64,000 bases of DNA from Paraspadella gotoi (taxonomy: Eukaryota; Animalia; Chaetognatha): positions 348,328 through 412,327 of the forward strand of contig CM119265.1 in the NCBI GenBank assembly GCA_051294375.1, read 5' to 3'. The translations under genes were made by a program, and so were the position numbers. The notes below the pieces were generated by a model that saw only the letters and a list, made by a program, of their open reading frames with translations, had not been told where the DNA came from and did no database searches. Shown here in pieces: positions 62,101-64,000 of this stretch (position 1 is the stretch's first letter; each line of letters opens with the position of its first letter).

Positions 62101-64000
62101 NNNNNNNNNNNNNNNNNNNNNNNNGAATTATGTTAAATATCTTCTTTCGCCATGCAGCTGGGACGAATGGGCGAGCTGGACCATTAGATATATCCACTAG
62201 TAATTCTTGTTCACCCACGCGGATTTTTCTAAATGCAANNNNNNNNNNNNNNNNNNNNNNNNNNNNNNNNNNNNNNNNNNNNNNNNNNNNNNNNNNNNNN
62301 NNNNNNNNNNNNNNNTTTCGAAGTCAATTTCGAAGCTGGTCATAGACGCTATTACAGCGTTGACCTCCTCGAGGCGGTCAGGCTTGACGCTGCGCTCGAG
62401 GTGATTCTCTCGTTGCTCTTCTGATGTGGTTGTTGAGGGTGATGCTTCCTCCGTGGGTGGTTGTGTTTGCGTTATGGGTGGTGGATTATTTGGTCGTGAG
62501 AGGGCGTCGGCCACCACATTGGCCTTTCCTTTCAGATAGCGGATATCTGTGGTGAATTCCGCTATTGCCGACAACTGGTAGGACTGACGAAGAGTTTGAG
62601 GTTCCGTTTTTTTGCGGATTGCCGAGACCAAGCTCTGATGATCCGTATAAATCGTGAACGCACGACCTTCGACCCAGTGCCGGAAGTGGCGGACTGCCCT
62701 GAACGCTCCGAAGAGTTCCTTGTCGAAGGGTGGCCACATTTTTTGATTTTTGGCTAATTTTGCTGAAAAAAACGCTAGTGGTTCCCACCCTTTGGGACCT
62801 CGTTGCTCCAGAACTGCGCCTACAGCTTGATCAGATGCGTCGGTAGTGATGCAAAGCTGCGCGCCGGACCTTGGATGATGGAGTAGTGCCGCCGAGATGA
62901 GGCCCTCCTTGATGGCCTCGAATGCTTGCTCGCACCCTGGTGTCCAATTCAACGATTTTGGCTTGCCGCTTAAGGCGTCGTACAGAGCGGCGCAGCGGTG
63001 GGCGACTCCTGGAATGAAACGCCTATAATAATTAACCATACCAAGGAAGCGTTGAAGCTCCTTGATAGTGGTTGGGCGTGTCGTCTCTCGAAGTGTCTGG
63101 ACGCGTTCAGGTAGTGGTCGGACGCCGTTTTTGTCGACGAGGAATCCCAAGAACTCGAGGGACTCCTGTCCGAGTAGGCATTTTTTCGTATTTACTACGA
63201 GTCCATTTTCATCCAGAGCTTTGAAGACTCTTTCCAGATCTTCCAGGTGCTCCTCCGGAGACGATGATGCGACCAAAATGTCGTCTAAGTAGACGAACGT
63301 ATGGGGGATCTCACCCAAGATCTCATCCATCAAACGCTGAAAGTCTTGTCCTGCGTTTTTCAAACCGAAAGGACAACGAGGAAAGANNNNNNNNNNNNNN
63401 NGAGTGATTACAGCCGTCTTTTTTACATCTTGAGGATTTACCGGGATTTGATGATAACCTTTGAGCAAGTCTATCTTCGAGAAGATAGTCTTGCCCTCCA
63501 GTTGCGCGTTGAAGTCCGTTAGTAACTTCACTGGGTAACGATCCTCGACGGTCTGGGCGTTGAGGCGACGGTAGTCGCCACAACNNNNNNNNNNNNNNNN
63601 NNNNNNNNNNNNNNNNNNNNNNNNNNNNNNNNNNNNNNNNNNNNNNNNNNNNNNNNNNNNNNNNNNNNNNNNNNNNNNNNNNNNNNNNNNNNNNNNNNNN
63701 NNNNNNNNNNNNNNNNNNNNNNNNNNNNNNNNNNNNNNNNNNNNNNNNNNNNNNNNNNNNNNNNNNNNNNNNNNNNNNNNNNNNNNNNNNNNNNNNNNNN
63801 NNNNNNNNNNNNNNNNNNNNNNNNNNCTTTGAGTTCGAAAGTAGGAGTGGACAATGAGGGAAACGACTCAAGCAGCTTGTAATATTTTTCCCCTTTTCTG
63901 TCTACGAAATTCACATGAGTTGGCTGCTCCTCCGCTGTCGACGCTGCTAATGGTCGAGTAAGTCCCTTTAGATCTAAGAGGAGTCGCGTCTCGATGATTT
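59190..64000 (-). mobile_element. Gypsy copy K (3' LTR and pol; continues past the window end)
   Basis: LTR-like 59190-60045; PPT 60046-60051; pol with YLDD, RNase H, IN and PYDGPY; large N gaps. Confidence 0.9.
60360..64000 (-). CDS. pol: Partial Pol of copy K (gapped, noisy C-terminus; end approximate)
   Basis: ORFs 62197-63531 (RT/RNase H) and 60974-62218 (IN). Confidence 0.85.

Overview
Eukaryotic telomeric/subtelomeric array. Nine (CCCTAA)n tracts alternate with about ten Ty3/Gypsy LTR retrotransposon copies (labelled A-K) from two sub-lineages with many distinct LTR sequences. All look CsRn1/Kabuki-like: CHCC Gag knuckle, tRNA-Trp-type PBS, GPY/F integrase, -1 frameshifted gag-pol. The readable junctions sit at one phase of the telomeric hexamer (ACCC|TG...CA|ACCC, consistent with a 4-bp TSD), and all copies but one share one orientation. 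Nearly every LTR carries an antisense tRNA-like A/B-box cassette near its outer end. Other conserved features are a DGG protease motif, an integrase C-terminal motif pair, a second tRNA-Trp-complementary box next to the PBS, and a 5' splice site-hairpin-branchpoint leader lacking a normal acceptor. An ~850-bp non-autonomous TRIM-like element uses the same target site. Assembly quality is uneven (N gaps, indel-rich stretches, apparently shuffled blocks), so copy order and many frameshifts are uncertain. The host organism cannot be identified from this window.
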